Positions 8,533-19,369 are shown, counted from the stretch's first letter. The stretch is DNA of 64,000 nt from an uncultured virus (IMG/VR IMGVR_UViG_3300032087_003293) (IMGVR_UViG_3300032087_003293); one strand, 5' to 3'. The notes: a model not told the origin generated them from the sequence alone. Numbers and translations are program-made.

Positions 8533-9081
8533 TTAGCAAGAGGCAACAATAACATCATTCTCTACGTGACCATCTTCATATGCAATGAAGTAGGATCCAT
8601 TAATCGCAGTTATCTGCTCATAGATTGCACTCTCATCAATAGTATTACCCCAAGTGCTTCCTTGATCACCAAATAGTCTACGATCATCAATCATCAAAGT
8701 ATGAGTTCTGATATCACTCTTTGCAATCGTATCAAGTTCAAATGGAAGTGGGCACTTGTACTCACCGATTGGTGCTCCATCATTATCCCAGTGAGCATCT
8801 AACCAGAACGTTGCTGGTTCCTCAAGACCCTCCACAATGCCCTCAAAGACATCAAAGGTGTCACCCTCAACCAATTCCACACGACCCTCTGCAATCTCGT
8901 CAGCAAACCTTTCAGAGTTTGCTGCGACTCGATCGGGGTCAATCTCTATACTAATGACCTTATCGTAACCACACTCTAGAGCAACTGCGACTCCATCACC
9001 CCAAAGTGTTCCTGTTTCTACAAATACATTATTCTTCTTATGCTTTAGAAGAACTTCTTTAGATAATGTGGACGACATCAA
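8533..9081 (-). CDS. Methyltransferase-like protein
   Basis: FVETGTLWGDG, SIEID, LVEGDT, FWLDAH, IDDRRLF. Confidence 0.7.
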   Translation of the reverse strand: MMSSTLSKEVLLKHKKNNVFVETGTLWGDGVAVALECGYDKVISIEIDPDRVAANSERFADEIAEGRVELVEGDTFDVFEGIVEGLEEPATFWLDAHWDNDGAPIGEYKCPLPFELDTIAKSDIRTHTLMIDDRRLFGDQGSTWGNTIDESAIYEQITAINGSYFIAYEDGHVENDVIVASC

Positions 9082-10400
9082 AAACCTCTCTTAATATTTT
9101 TTTCAAATGGATAATTTGATCTAGTCAGATACTCATCAAGCACAGACTTATACTTTGAATTCTTTAATGTATGAGTCAGTGACAGGAATTCTTGTACGAC
9201 GTATTTATCCAAATATGGATAACGTGTTTCTATACCATAGGAACCAGCAACATACTCTTCCTTCGCAAGATATGATACCATAGTGCTTCCATAAAATGAA
9301 GCCCAAGGGAAGATAGTTGCCAAATCTTCAGGGAACAGTCCACCAAAATTACTATGCAGGAACTTCTTCTCACCATTAAATCCATAGTCAGAGAAGATTT
9401 CATCTGACCCAGATCCTGAGAGATAGATCTTATGCCCTTCTTTGCGAGCATTATCACAAATCATTGAAAGACCACAAGAACCATTATCATCCTGCAGTCT
9501 AGTGTTAAATTCATTATAGTCACTACTAGAAGAGTAGATACGATACTTAAACTCTTCTACATTCTTATTGATATACTCTTTGTATGCCCAACGATTGTCT
9601 TGAAGATGTACACCACAAGAATTTGAATTAAACATTTCATATCTCTTACGAAGCACATCCTGGTCCTCATGACCAACAACTGTATATGCTTTGTAAGGAA
9701 CGTTCTGCTTATTCAGTTCACAAGCAATTCCACCACTATCATATCCACTGGACAACCCAATGAATACTTTCTCACGAATACCTCTGGTTCTCTTACGAAC
9801 AGATTCTTCAAATGCACGAATCCATCCATCAAAAGAATCATTAAATTGATGCAGAACAAACTCATATGTTCTGATAGAATTTACAAATGCCTTTGAATCA
9901 AGTTCAAGAGTTAGAATAGTATTTGCTTCTAACTTAGTTGCTTTGATTCCCAATGATTTAACAGCAGACTCATAACTTGCTACAGCAATACGACCAGCTT
10001 CAATACCATACCATAATGGTTTGGTTGCGAAGGGATCAGTAACAAGATGCAAACGATTGTTTTTAAAATCTGCTAGGACGATAGCAAATTCACCATCTAG
10101 TGTAACAAATGCACGTTCACCAAACTTTTTATATGTTGGAATAATGCATTCACCATCAGACCCAAAGTCACCAAAGTCATCATAATTATAGATCTGTCCG
10201 TTATAGACACATACAATCTCGTCATCATGATCTACAAACGGTTGTGGTGTAAACTCTCCAGTAATTGAGAGAATATTATGAGCAATTGTGTACTCATTAA
10301 CTTGAATACTATTTGTGGCATCAGGACCACGAAATCTCATGTAATGATTTGTGTAATCAAAATCATTTACATCAACATCAGTAAAAAGAAAACTACACAT
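9078..10400 (-). CDS. Asparagine synthetase B-like glutamine amidotransferase
   Basis: N-terminal Cys2, RGPD, YNGQIYN, DGEFA, PP-loop LSSGYDS, SGSGSDEIF, ETRYPYLD. Confidence 0.88.
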   Translation of the reverse strand: MCSFLFTDVDVNDFDYTNHYMRFRGPDATNSIQVNEYTIAHNILSITGEFTPQPFVDHDDEIVCVYNGQIYNYDDFGDFGSDGECIIPTYKKFGERAFVTLDGEFAIVLADFKNNRLHLVTDPFATKPLWYGIEAGRIAVASYESAVKSLGIKATKLEANTILTLELDSKAFVNSIRTYEFVLHQFNDSFDGWIRAFEESVRKRTRGIREKVFIGLSSGYDSGGIACELNKQNVPYKAYTVVGHEDQDVLRKRYEMFNSNSCGVHLQDNRWAYKEYINKNVEEFKYRIYSSSSDYNEFNTRLQDDNGSCGLSMICDNARKEGHKIYLSGSGSDEIFSDYGFNGEKKFLHSNFGGLFPEDLATIFPWASFYGSTMVSYLAKEEYVAGSYGIETRYPYLDKYVVQEFLSLTHTLKNSKYKSVLDEYLTRSNYPFEKNIKRGF

Positions 10401-11092
10401 TATCCAACTCGGCTATGATGAGAACTGACTACTTGTGGAATAAAATCATTTCCTCGGATAGTGTTTGCTCTCCCAGGAATGATATTTGGTTTGATATTTA
10501 GTTGATGACAAACAAACGGGAAACTAATTTGATCTCTTGAAGAGAACATGCAAATCTGTTCCCACCACATTAAACCAAGTTGCTGTGTCCGTTCATTATT
10601 TCTTTGCACTCTAACGGGAAGTTCATACAACCCATTATGATAAGGATAACCCATCTCTCTATAGAAGTCAAGTTGATCTTCTACTAAGTTAGGATGATCA
10701 AATCCAATTTGTTTTACAAGATTACCTTCTTCATAAACACAATCTCTTTCTGGATGTTTAAATACAGCAATGTCAGATCCTTTCAAGTATTTTTCAATCA
10801 ATTCTTCAGGATCTGCTTCTAAGATATGTGTAGAGTCCATCCAAATATAATACTCATAACCAGGTACAAACAGATGAGGACAAACTTTATAGATCTTCGC
10901 ATCCCTTCTGTTCTTATACTTTGGATCTAAAGAGAAACTGATATACTCATGACGAATCCACATATCACCAATATGCAGATATTGTGGCTCTACAAAGGCA
11001 TGATAATCAACTTTATGCATCCATTTTTGTGGACTAATCAGTTGATTAGATCCGATTGATGACGTAATTACTGCGATTCTTTTATCTGACAT
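10400..11092 (-). CDS. DUF616/TOD1-MUCI70-like glycosyltransferase
   Basis: KIYKVCPHLF, YIWMDS, HPERDCVYEE, SRDQISFPFV. Confidence 0.75.
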   Translation of the reverse strand: MSDKRIAVITSSIGSNQLISPQKWMHKVDYHAFVEPQYLHIGDMWIRHEYISFSLDPKYKNRRDAKIYKVCPHLFVPGYEYYIWMDSTHILEADPEELIEKYLKGSDIAVFKHPERDCVYEEGNLVKQIGFDHPNLVEDQLDFYREMGYPYHNGLYELPVRVQRNNERTQQLGLMWWEQICMFSSRDQISFPFVCHQLNIKPNIIPGRANTIRGNDFIPQVVSSHHSRVG

Positions 11093-11907
11093 AACCTTTT
11101 TTTGTAATACTCCTGACTAGTGATATACTCTCTTAACTCAACGGGTGACATCTTTTGTATATTTTCCCACTCTGCATTATTCTTTTGCATGTGTGGATTA
11201 TTGACCCATGAATTTGGAGTTCTGGCATGTTCCAAATGATACACCCAATCAGGAACTCTGCCAACCCTATAACCAAGAGTTGTAAATCTATGATATCTTT
11301 CTACATCTTCTGGAGCATATGCTACGAAGTTTTCATTCTCTAATCCACCTTCAATGTAGACATCTCTATTGAAGAATTGACAAAATCCATATTTGGACAT
11401 ATAGACTTTTGATTTCTTATTTAGGATTCTAACGTCGAATTCATTGGTAAGGAATTCCGTAACCAATTCATCATCAGCAAAAACCTGATATTGCCAATTG
11501 CCATCACCATAAGGATAGATTACATCTGCATGGTCATTATTAATAATCTCATATGCATGTTGATACGTCTCCCTAGGAAGAATAATATCACAATCATAAT
11601 TCACAACTACTTTAGTAGTTGACATCATAATCATATCATTGAGAACTCTCTGTCTATGAAATGATGGTGAATCAGATTCTTCAAAAATATGCTTAAGACC
11701 TTCTACATCTCCATCAAGAAATTCCGTAATCTGTGGCAGAGCACTTTCTGCAAACACAGACTCGGAATCAACTTCATGAACTATTACGTTTGTTTTGAAG
11801 TTTGCAAGAATATAACACAAACTTGTAATTACATTTCGCAATCGATCCTCAGATTCTAATCTGATAGGGACGATAAAAGTTGCATTAGATAGATCAATCT
11901 TTCTCAT
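11068..11907 (-). CDS. GT2/GT7-like glycosyltransferase
   Basis: FIVPIR, YDCD, GGLENENFVAYAPED, YHLEH. Confidence 0.8.
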   Translation of the reverse strand: MRKIDLSNATFIVPIRLESEDRLRNVITSLCYILANFKTNVIVHEVDSESVFAESALPQITEFLDGDVEGLKHIFEESDSPSFHRQRVLNDMIMMSTTKVVVNYDCDIILPRETYQHAYEIINNDHADVIYPYGDGNWQYQVFADDELVTEFLTNEFDVRILNKKSKVYMSKYGFCQFFNRDVYIEGGLENENFVAYAPEDVERYHRFTTLGYRVGRVPDWVYHLEHARTPNSWVNNPHMQKNNAEWENIQKMSPVELREYITSQEYYKKRLCQIKESQ

Positions 11908-12646
11908 TTTGGTATGTATTGTTTTTGTTTTTCTCTAGAACGTAATCAAGTTCTTCCTTATTTACAATCCAAGATCCTTCTGGATGATCAAACCTATAGT
12001 TGTAATCAACGTTGGCAGAACTAATTCTATTCGGATGCTCACGATTAGCAATAAGATAATCTTCAATCAATCCAGGAGCACCATTCTCACAACGCATCCG
12101 ATGATAGAAATCGGTATCCATCAGTAGTTTTAGTTTAGAATCAAATCCCACAAATTTATCAGTCTTAAAGGCAACACAAGAAGGAGAACCAAGGAGATTT
12201 CTACCCTCCAACATCATATCAGTCCAACGAGGAACCATTGGTCTTACAAAGTTTCTCCCATCAGAAGTATGTTTAAAACCATTGAACAACCAATCACAAT
12301 CAGTAGCATCAAAGGTCCTAACAATTAATTCAAAAGCATTATCATTGATGAATAAATCATCAGAGAAAATAAGTTTGGTATATTGACCAGAACACATCTC
12401 AACTGCTGAGTTTGTATTAGCTGGTCCATTACCACGATCCTCTACATTTTTGAAGTATTGAATAGTGAAATCTTGAGAATACTCTTCACATACTTCTAGA
12501 GTAGAATCATCCTTAGAATGATCTGAGATACAAACTTCAAAGTTTTTGAATGTTTGCTTTGCAATACTTGCAAATAGTTCTCTGAGGTAGTCTGGTCCTA
12601 CACCACCCATTTCATAGGTAGGAATAGCAACGGATAGATCAATCAT
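11894..12646 (-). CDS. Glycosyltransferase family 2
   Basis: SVAIPTYE, ISDHSKDD, GPANTN, FSDD. Confidence 0.88.
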   Translation of the reverse strand: MIDLSVAIPTYEMGGVGPDYLRELFASIAKQTFKNFEVCISDHSKDDSTLEVCEEYSQDFTIQYFKNVEDRGNGPANTNSAVEMCSGQYTKLIFSDDLFINDNAFELIVRTFDATDCDWLFNGFKHTSDGRNFVRPMVPRWTDMMLEGRNLLGSPSCVAFKTDKFVGFDSKLKLLMDTDFYHRMRCENGAPGLIEDYLIANREHPNRISSANVDYNYRFDHPEGSWIVNKEELDYVLEKNKNNTYQNEKD

Positions 12647-13431
12647 AGTTTCCACCATCTACTAGGAATAATATCACGGGTATCATTTTTTGAAGTGTAT
12701 CCATCATCACCAAACCAACGAGAAGGTGCAATTACAGTTCCACGATTTGCTAACCAGGCACCCCACCATGAGAAAGATGAGTTTGCAATGATAAAATCGT
12801 CACACATTGAAATCAGACACATATCATAACGATTATCATTACCCTCAGCAATTAGGAACCTATCAGATTCAAATAGTTCTTGCTGCTTACACCACTCTGG
12901 ATCATCCGAAAATACAATTACATTTCTAGTATTCTTAAATTGTGTCAATGCTTTTTGATAATATTCAAGACCACAAGGTGGATGATCCTTTGATTTAGTA
13001 ACATAATCAGTCCTACGAACATGAAGTGCGATAGGATTGTTTACTTGATCAATAAAACCTTGACAAGTTTCTACGATATAATCTTTAAAAGTGAAGTCTT
13101 CACGAATACTATCAGCAATGTGCTCAAAGTACCGTTCTGTTTGAAAATATCCAAATAGACATACTTGATCTGGACAATTATCTACATATGTCTGATCATA
13201 GTGAAATTGCTTCTCTTGATAATACTGTGGTTGTAGTTGATACCCACGGTTTTTACTGTGAGGCATCTTAAAGGTTTCAAATAATTGATGATCTTTCCAC
13301 TCATCTTCAAAATTAGATTGAGGAATTGCAAAGTCATATCCACGTGCTGCAGCAATACCACGTAGTGCAGCATATTGAAACATTTGATTGCCAAGTCTTC
13401 CGTGCTGGCCAAGGTGATTAAAACCGATCAT
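12643..13431 (-). CDS. Alpha-1,2-fucosyltransferase (GT11)
   Basis: GRLGNQMFQYA, GYFQTERYF, HVRRTDY, FSDDPEWC, IIANSSFSWWGAWL. Confidence 0.92.
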   Translation of the reverse strand: MIGFNHLGQHGRLGNQMFQYAALRGIAAARGYDFAIPQSNFEDEWKDHQLFETFKMPHSKNRGYQLQPQYYQEKQFHYDQTYVDNCPDQVCLFGYFQTERYFEHIADSIREDFTFKDYIVETCQGFIDQVNNPIALHVRRTDYVTKSKDHPPCGLEYYQKALTQFKNTRNVIVFSDDPEWCKQQELFESDRFLIAEGNDNRYDMCLISMCDDFIIANSSFSWWGAWLANRGTVIAPSRWFGDDGYTSKNDTRDIIPSRWWKL

Positions 13432-14297
13432 AAGAACTTCAGAATATTATTGACTCTGTTAACAAAGGTATGATTTTCTTTTACAAAAAGCATTGCTTCT
13501 CTAATATCAATCTTCCCATTCATATCTGCATGTAGAAGATTATCATATAATGTATCTGGTGTTCCACCATATGCAACATAATCACCAAATGCACGTTTTA
13601 CAAATGGTGAGTTTGTTCCTGTGATCCTACCATAACTTATATTCTTGAATATTCTACACGGAATATATCCACATTGCAAGTGCCAATCACTTCTAAAGTC
13701 AGGACATAAGAACGAAGTTCTGATTAGATTTCTATTCTCTTCATCAGATGCATTCTGAGTAAAAACTCTGAATGATACTTTATTCTTTTCATGAATAATA
13801 TCTGCAAAAGATTGTGCCCACCAAGGTCCTTGCTCATAAAGCATTCCAACATAATGCAAATCTTTATTGCTCCAGTTAAACCTTGCAGGATTATCTTCAT
13901 CAATTTCGTGAGGAAGTAGATCTGTTCCCCAAGTTTGATACAAAGTACGAGTAGACTGATCCCAATATGCAAGATGATCTACTTTCTCATGAATCTCTAG
14001 ACTAGGTAGATAATTTCCCAACCTAAGAACATTTTCATAAGGAACACCAGCATCGGTTAGATATTCAGTATCAATGTGATGCGTGATATATTTACAATCT
14101 TTACGGAGAGGCATTCCATTTTTTACAGAATTTTCAGTAAAGAAAATAGAATCACTGAAATCATACTGGTTTAAATCATCTCTTGAGTCAATCCAATAAA
14201 CTTCATGACCAAGATTTTCAAATGCCTTGTAATAAGAACTATGAATGTAGCTATGAGTGTGTTCGTGGAGTTTGTGCCCCCAAATATAAATCTTCAT
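13428..14297 (-). CDS. Putative GT-B glycosyltransferase
   Basis: AFENLGHEVYW, RIFKNISYG, C-terminal ENHTFVNRV (CgeB-like tail); context. Confidence 0.55.
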   Translation of the reverse strand: MKIYIWGHKLHEHTHSYIHSSYYKAFENLGHEVYWIDSRDDLNQYDFSDSIFFTENSVKNGMPLRKDCKYITHHIDTEYLTDAGVPYENVLRLGNYLPSLEIHEKVDHLAYWDQSTRTLYQTWGTDLLPHEIDEDNPARFNWSNKDLHYVGMLYEQGPWWAQSFADIIHEKNKVSFRVFTQNASDEENRNLIRTSFLCPDFRSDWHLQCGYIPCRIFKNISYGRITGTNSPFVKRAFGDYVAYGGTPDTLYDNLLHADMNGKIDIREAMLFVKENHTFVNRVNNILKFL

Positions 14298-15145
14298 GAT
14301 AGCATTGCTAGTTGTGGATTTGATGCCTTGCGTCCAATATCAAGGATTGCTAAAACTTGACCCTCATCTTCTAGAACAAGTTCATCAACTTGATTCCAGT
14401 TCTCATCATACTTACGAATAAGTCCATCACCAAATGCTCTGTCATTTCTCTTTGCAGTTGGTGAAACACCTACCCAAAAATAATCATCTACCTGGGCAAA
14501 ACCACGGACCCATCCACCAAGATCTTTTACAAAACCACTAGTAGATCGTACACATCCTTCCTTAGAACTTAGAGTATAAACATCACCTTTATGCAACCAT
14601 AAATCATGACATTGAATACCCATATTACTATGGATCTGACGTGGAGGTTGTCCAATACCATCAAACTCAAGAATGAAACTACCGTTATCCCAATTATGTG
14701 CAAGGATGTACAAACGATTGTCAGTTCCATAAACTGTGTTTAGGTGATGACTATCTCGGTAACTACAATTACGTCGTGGTGGAATTGGTTGCCAACGATC
14801 CCATCTTTCTCCATCATAGATCGCAATATAATCACCATAACTTGACGTGCAGAGAAGTTTTCCATTCCAGAATCCAATACCGTGAAGATCTTGTAATTTA
14901 AAATCTTCTGGTTGAAGAATAGTTTCTGCTCGTAGTTTATTATCTAATACAATAATATCTCCAACTTCCTGTTCTGGTGGGATAAAATTATTAGTATTAG
15001 TCGGATCACTATTACGGCAAGCAACATAATACTTACCAAAGTGCTTTGCTAAACCATAATAAAGACCTTTACCACGATCAACAGGAGTGATTACATTGTC
15101 TTCACGAACATATAGTAAAGACCTTGTAGTTGCAACTAAAAACAC
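14294..15145 (-). CDS. Beta-propeller-like hypothetical protein
   Basis: Repeated blade-like motifs (DLHGI, HHLNTV, QCHDLW, WVRGFA); start reassigned to GTG. Confidence 0.55.
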   Translation of the reverse strand: MFLVATTRSLLYVREDNVITPVDRGKGLYYGLAKHFGKYYVACRNSDPTNTNNFIPPEQEVGDIIVLDNKLRAETILQPEDFKLQDLHGIGFWNGKLLCTSSYGDYIAIYDGERWDRWQPIPPRRNCSYRDSHHLNTVYGTDNRLYILAHNWDNGSFILEFDGIGQPPRQIHSNMGIQCHDLWLHKGDVYTLSSKEGCVRSTSGFVKDLGGWVRGFAQVDDYFWVGVSPTAKRNDRAFGDGLIRKYDENWNQVDELVLEDEGQVLAILDIGRKASNPQLAMLS

Positions 15146-15147
15146 TA

Positions 15148-16095
15148 TCAACCTCCACGAACTGAGTCTACATTTTCTTTGAACCATTCATATGTAAGTT
15201 CAATACCTTTACGGATACTTACTTTTGGTTCCCATCCTGTTGACTTGATACGAGACACATCCATCACTTTACGCATAGTGCCATTTGGTTTTTCAGTATC
15301 CCACATAATGAGACCTTCATATCCAACTACATCAGCAATAGTTTCTGCGAGTTCACGAATACTAATTTCATCACCAGTACCAACATTCACAATCTCCTGA
15401 GAGTTGTGATAATTATTCATTAGATAGACACAAGCATCTGCTAGATCATCTACAAATAAAAACTCACGAAGTGGTGATCCATCACCCCAGCATGTCACTG
15501 TTGGTAAGTTCTGCTCTTTTGCTTCATGAAACCTACGAATCAGTCCAGGAAGAACATGAGACTTCTCTGGATGGAAATTATCATTAATTCCATAAAGATT
15601 GCAAGGCATTGCACTAATGGCATTGAATCCATACTGTTCATTATATGCCTGGCACATCTTAATTCCAGCAATCTTTGCTACTGCATATGAGTCATTAGTT
15701 GGTTCTAGCAAACCAGTCATTAGATAATCTTCTTTGATTGGAAGATTACAATGCTTTGGATAGATGCAAGAAGAACCAAGGAAAAGAAGTTTCTTAACTC
15801 CAGAACGATATGCAGTATCAATGACATTATTCTGAATCATCAGATTGTCATAGATCATCTCACCCTTGTAATGTTTGTTACCAAGGATTCCACCAACCTT
15901 TGCAGCTGCAAGGATAACGTAATCGGGTTGATGAATAGAAAATAGATTTTCTACTGCTTCCTTGTCACGAAGATCACATTCACTACTAGGAATCAAAAGA
16001 AGATTATTATATCCTTCTGCTCGTAGTTTTCGTACAATTGCAGATCCTACAAGTCCGTTATGACCTGCAACGTAAATTTTAGAATCACTGTCCAT
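15148..16095 (-). CDS. fcl: GDP-L-fucose synthase
   Basis: [54 protein letters not shown]. Confidence 0.95.
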   Translation of the reverse strand: MDSDSKIYVAGHNGLVGSAIVRKLRAEGYNNLLLIPSSECDLRDKEAVENLFSIHQPDYVILAAAKVGGILGNKHYKGEMIYDNLMIQNNVIDTAYRSGVKKLLFLGSSCIYPKHCNLPIKEDYLMTGLLEPTNDSYAVAKIAGIKMCQAYNEQYGFNAISAMPCNLYGINDNFHPEKSHVLPGLIRRFHEAKEQNLPTVTCWGDGSPLREFLFVDDLADACVYLMNNYHNSQEIVNVGTGDEISIRELAETIADVVGYEGLIMWDTEKPNGTMRKVMDVSRIKSTGWEPKVSIRKGIELTYEWFKENVDSVRGG

Positions 16096-17113
16096 AGATA
16101 CACATGTCCTCAATCAATTCATCAAAAGTAATTTCAGGTTCCCATCCAAGTTTTTCTTTTGCTTTCGTTGGATCTCCAAGTAGAGTTTCAACTTCAGCAG
16201 GACGGTAATATTTAGGATCTACAGCAATGATAGTCCTTTTGGTATGCTTATCCATACCAATCTCGTCTTCACCTTCACCATGCCATTCAATACTCATACC
16301 AAAATATGGTGCAGTACGTTCTACAAATTCACGAACTGAATATTGCTCACCAGTAGCAATTACATAATCTTCAGGTTCATCTTGCTGTAACATCAACCAC
16401 ATAGCACGGACATAATCTTTTGCATGTCCCCAATCACGTTTTGCATCTAGATTGCCAAGATACAAAACTTTCTGTTCACCAACAGAAATGCGTGATAAAC
16501 CACGGGTAACTTTACGGGTTACAAAAGTCTCACCTCGGCGAGGTGACTCATGATTGAATAGAATACCAGTACAGGCATACATGCCATAAGATTCACGGTA
16601 GTTCTTAGTCAACCAATAAGCATAAACCTTTGCACATCCATAAGGTGAACGTGGATAGAATGGTGTGGTTTCACTCTGAGGAGTCTCCTGAACAAGACCA
16701 TACATCTCAGACGTTGATGCCTGATAGATACGGCACTTCTTCTCCATACCTAGAATACGAACTGCCTCAAGGATACGAAGTGTACCAAGACCATCAACAT
16801 TACCCGTATACTCAGGAAGTTCAAACGATACTTTCACATGACTCTGAGCAGCAAGATTATAAATCTCATCAGGTTGAGTCTGCTGAAGAATGTGAATGAT
16901 ATTAGCAGAATCAGTTAGATCACCATAATGCAACTTAATGCGTTCATGATCATAGATATGGTCAATACGAGCAGTATTGATTAGAGATGCTCTCCTCACA
17001 ATACCATGAACCATGTATCCTTTCTCAAGGAGCAACTCGGCAAGATATGATCCATCTTGCCCAGTAATACCAGTAATTAATGCTGTCTTCATTTTCTTGT
17101 TCGTATCACTCAT
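16085..17113 (-). CDS. gmd: GDP-mannose 4,6-dehydratase
   Basis: [50 protein letters not shown]. Confidence 0.97.
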   Translation of the reverse strand: MSDTNKKMKTALITGITGQDGSYLAELLLEKGYMVHGIVRRASLINTARIDHIYDHERIKLHYGDLTDSANIIHILQQTQPDEIYNLAAQSHVKVSFELPEYTGNVDGLGTLRILEAVRILGMEKKCRIYQASTSEMYGLVQETPQSETTPFYPRSPYGCAKVYAYWLTKNYRESYGMYACTGILFNHESPRRGETFVTRKVTRGLSRISVGEQKVLYLGNLDAKRDWGHAKDYVRAMWLMLQQDEPEDYVIATGEQYSVREFVERTAPYFGMSIEWHGEGEDEIGMDKHTKRTIIAVDPKYYRPAEVETLLGDPTKAKEKLGWEPEITFDELIEDMCIYGQ

Positions 17114-17720
17114 GATTATAACCTACATTAAAAGTGAATGTCAATCTCATATCAGTCCTAGTTTTATCAGGAATTACCTCATGAACTAACCAAGGTGGGA
17201 ATAAAATCACATCTCCATCTTCAACTTCTTGGTCATGCATATCATTATACATTTCACCAATGGCTGAATCTGGATGTATATCAGGTGGCATACAAAGTTT
17301 CATATATCTATGTGCATTATGAAACTTTGTAGGAGATGCTCCACGATTATAGTAAATTCCAGACCAATATGCATTAGGTTCTCCAGCATTTACCAGATGA
17401 TCGTGAGGTTCTTGTCCTTGATCTTCATGGTAAACATTATACCAAACGTCTGTAAAGTAAGCACCTTTATAAGATACCCCTAGTCGTTTTAGAACTGCTT
17501 GAACATCTGCGAAAAGATCACGTTCTATGCAATCCCTAGTTTCTGGGAAGATATATGGATCATTATCTTCAATGCATGGATAAGAACTATTAAGCGAAAC
17601 TTCCCAACCATCGGGAATGCGTTCTTGCCTCTCAATGGTTGGGAAGTTGTAATTATTGTGCTTGCTAAACTTAAATTTAATAACAGGGACAGAAAATAAA
17701 GGAATCAATTCAATTGACAT
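17106..17720 (-). CDS. Putative 2OG-Fe(II) oxygenase
   Basis: HDH...SGIYY...FPPWLVHEV...RLTFTFN. Confidence 0.8.
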   Translation of the reverse strand: MSIELIPLFSVPVIKFKFSKHNNYNFPTIERQERIPDGWEVSLNSSYPCIEDNDPYIFPETRDCIERDLFADVQAVLKRLGVSYKGAYFTDVWYNVYHEDQGQEPHDHLVNAGEPNAYWSGIYYNRGASPTKFHNAHRYMKLCMPPDIHPDSAIGEMYNDMHDQEVEDGDVILFPPWLVHEVIPDKTRTDMRLTFTFNVGYNHE

Positions 17721-17726
17721 AAGTCA

Positions 17727-18041
17727 TCAGGAAAGTTGTGCAATTAGTGCCTCAAGTCTTGCTTCAATTGCATCAAGTCTTACAGTTGGAGAAGAGGTCT
17801 TTCTTGGAGCAAGTGCAGGAAGTGCTGCTGCATTTACTTTAGCAGACTTACCACCACCTCCGCAAGGTGTGTGTGCTTTTGCTTCTAGAGCATCTAGTCT
17901 TGCATCTACCTTTGCTTGTGTAGCACCAGTTGGTTTCGTATGTGCTTCTGCTTCCAGTGCTTGTAGTCTCTTTTCTACCTCAGTATCATACTGGGACATA
18001 TATGCACCAGACTCAGATGTAGTTCTCTTACGTGTTGCCAT
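17727..18041 (-). CDS. Small coiled-coil repeat protein
   Basis: RLQALEA / RLDALEA / RLDAIEA / RLEAL repeats; CTAAATA upstream. Confidence 0.7.
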   Translation of the reverse strand: MATRKRTTSESGAYMSQYDTEVEKRLQALEAEAHTKPTGATQAKVDARLDALEAKAHTPCGGGGKSAKVNAAALPALAPRKTSSPTVRLDAIEARLEALIAQLS

Positions 18042-18064
18042 AGTTTTAAATGAACGTCTTTTTA

Positions 18065-18100
18065 TATTTAGAATAAAAAAGGGGGATCAAATCCCCCAGG
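18065..18100 (-). terminator. Terminator followed by a late-type promoter
   Basis: GGGGGAT-TTG-ATCCCCC-TTTTTT, then CTAAATA. Confidence 0.8.
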
Positions 18101-18300
18101 GTCTTGCAGGCTCGCCACCAATTCTTTTTCTGGAAATTGGAAACCAGACGGGAGTTTCCTCCATCCGCACCACTTGCTTTTTGAGGAAGCAAGAAACCTA
18201 ACAGGGTCATACTTGACTCCACCAGTACTGTTAAAGTCCATCCGTGACTAAGGAGTAAAAATTGCTCCGACCAGGGTTTTTAAAGACTCTCCATGTCTCC
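18101..18300 (-). ncRNA. Structured RNA, probably the manA RNA motif
   Basis: Intergenic tandem hairpins and pseudoknots; resembles the cyanophage manA motif from memory; sits upstream of sugar genes. Confidence 0.65.
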
Positions 18301-18849
18301 CCAAAATGCTTTTTGTTCTTCCTCTGGAATATCGTCTGGATCAGTATAAACTGGAGTATTCCAAGGATTCATAACTATAGATACTCGATCACCTTCATAT
18401 TTTTCAACTTCATGCCAGACCCCAGGAGGAAAAATGACAACCCTGTTTTCTTTTGGTACAATTGTTGCAATATTATCCAACTTTAAACGACCATCTTTAA
18501 GAAAGTGATCTACATTTAGATAGTAAACAATTGTACAAACAGGGTGTCTTTCTTTACCTGTTATCTCATAATACATATCGTCTTTGTCAGTATGTCTACC
18601 TCCAGGACGAGTATTATTATGAGTCCAGATCTCATAACCTACAATTGATTCAAGATCATAATATTCACTTGCCGCATTAAGCATAATGTCAGCAATATTA
18701 ATATAGGGATGATCTACAGTAGTTTTTAAATCATAAAAAGATGGGTGCATAATACTTGTACCCATTTCTTCCAAAGTTTCCTTTTTTAGACGAGAAAACT
18801 CTTCTTCTGGAAGATAATTATCAATAATTACTGTTTGAATCTTTGACAT
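18280..18849 (-). CDS. 2OG-Fe(II) oxygenase (prolyl-hydroxylase-like)
   Basis: HTD...TIVYYL...PKENRVVIFPPGVWHEV...RVSIVMN. Confidence 0.8.
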   Translation of the reverse strand: MSKIQTVIIDNYLPEEEFSRLKKETLEEMGTSIMHPSFYDLKTTVDHPYINIADIMLNAASEYYDLESIVGYEIWTHNNTRPGGRHTDKDDMYYEITGKERHPVCTIVYYLNVDHFLKDGRLKLDNIATIVPKENRVVIFPPGVWHEVEKYEGDRVSIVMNPWNTPVYTDPDDIPEEEQKAFWGDMESL

Positions 18850-19099
18850 AACAGGGAACTCTATCGGGATCTAACCATTTTGCATATTCAATGTCTTCAA
18901 TGGCAAGAAGCATTTGATCTCCATTATCAAACAAATAAACATCAGAGTATTTTTTAGTATACTCATTTGCTTTTTGCATACGGAAATCGGGGTTTCCGTT
19001 CAATTGAATGTGACCTCTCTGAACGAACCGATAAGGAAATCGTTCATGAATAATAATAGTCTTAGTTGATGCAACAGACTTGGGATCTAAATCGTTCAT
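18821..19099 (-). CDS. Hypothetical protein
   Basis: 92 aa, ATGA-coupled. Confidence 0.7.
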   Translation of the reverse strand: MNDLDPKSVASTKTIIIHERFPYRFVQRGHIQLNGNPDFRMQKANEYTKKYSDVYLFDNGDQMLLAIEDIEYAKWLDPDRVPCYVKDSNSNY

Positions 19100-19311
19100 G
19101 CTACCTCAGCAGTCTCAAGATCGTTGTAAAGATACTCCATCATAATTTCATAATCATCAAGAGGATCACCAGAGAAAACAACACCTGTGTTTTCATAATA
19201 ACGACGAACTTTTTTAAACAGTTTTGGATTTTTTACGTCCAAGAAAATTTCACCATTTGCAGCAGCACGAAGGGTTTGAATGTCCTTCTTGAACTTACCC
19301 GTGATAGTCAT
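19096..19311 (-). CDS. Hypothetical protein
   Basis: 71 aa behind a TTGACA-17-TATACT promoter. Confidence 0.7.
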   Translation of the reverse strand: MTITGKFKKDIQTLRAAANGEIFLDVKNPKLFKKVRRYYENTGVVFSGDPLDDYEIMMEYLYNDLETAEVA

Positions 19312-19369
19312 TGTCTTGTGTAGATTACTTAGAAAGTATAGTGGAAAAGGAGTTGTTTGTCAACTCCAA

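Noticed and set aside
17656..18201. 181-aa plus-strand ORF
   Set aside because: Antisense to the repeat protein, terminator and structured RNA; low-complexity shadow
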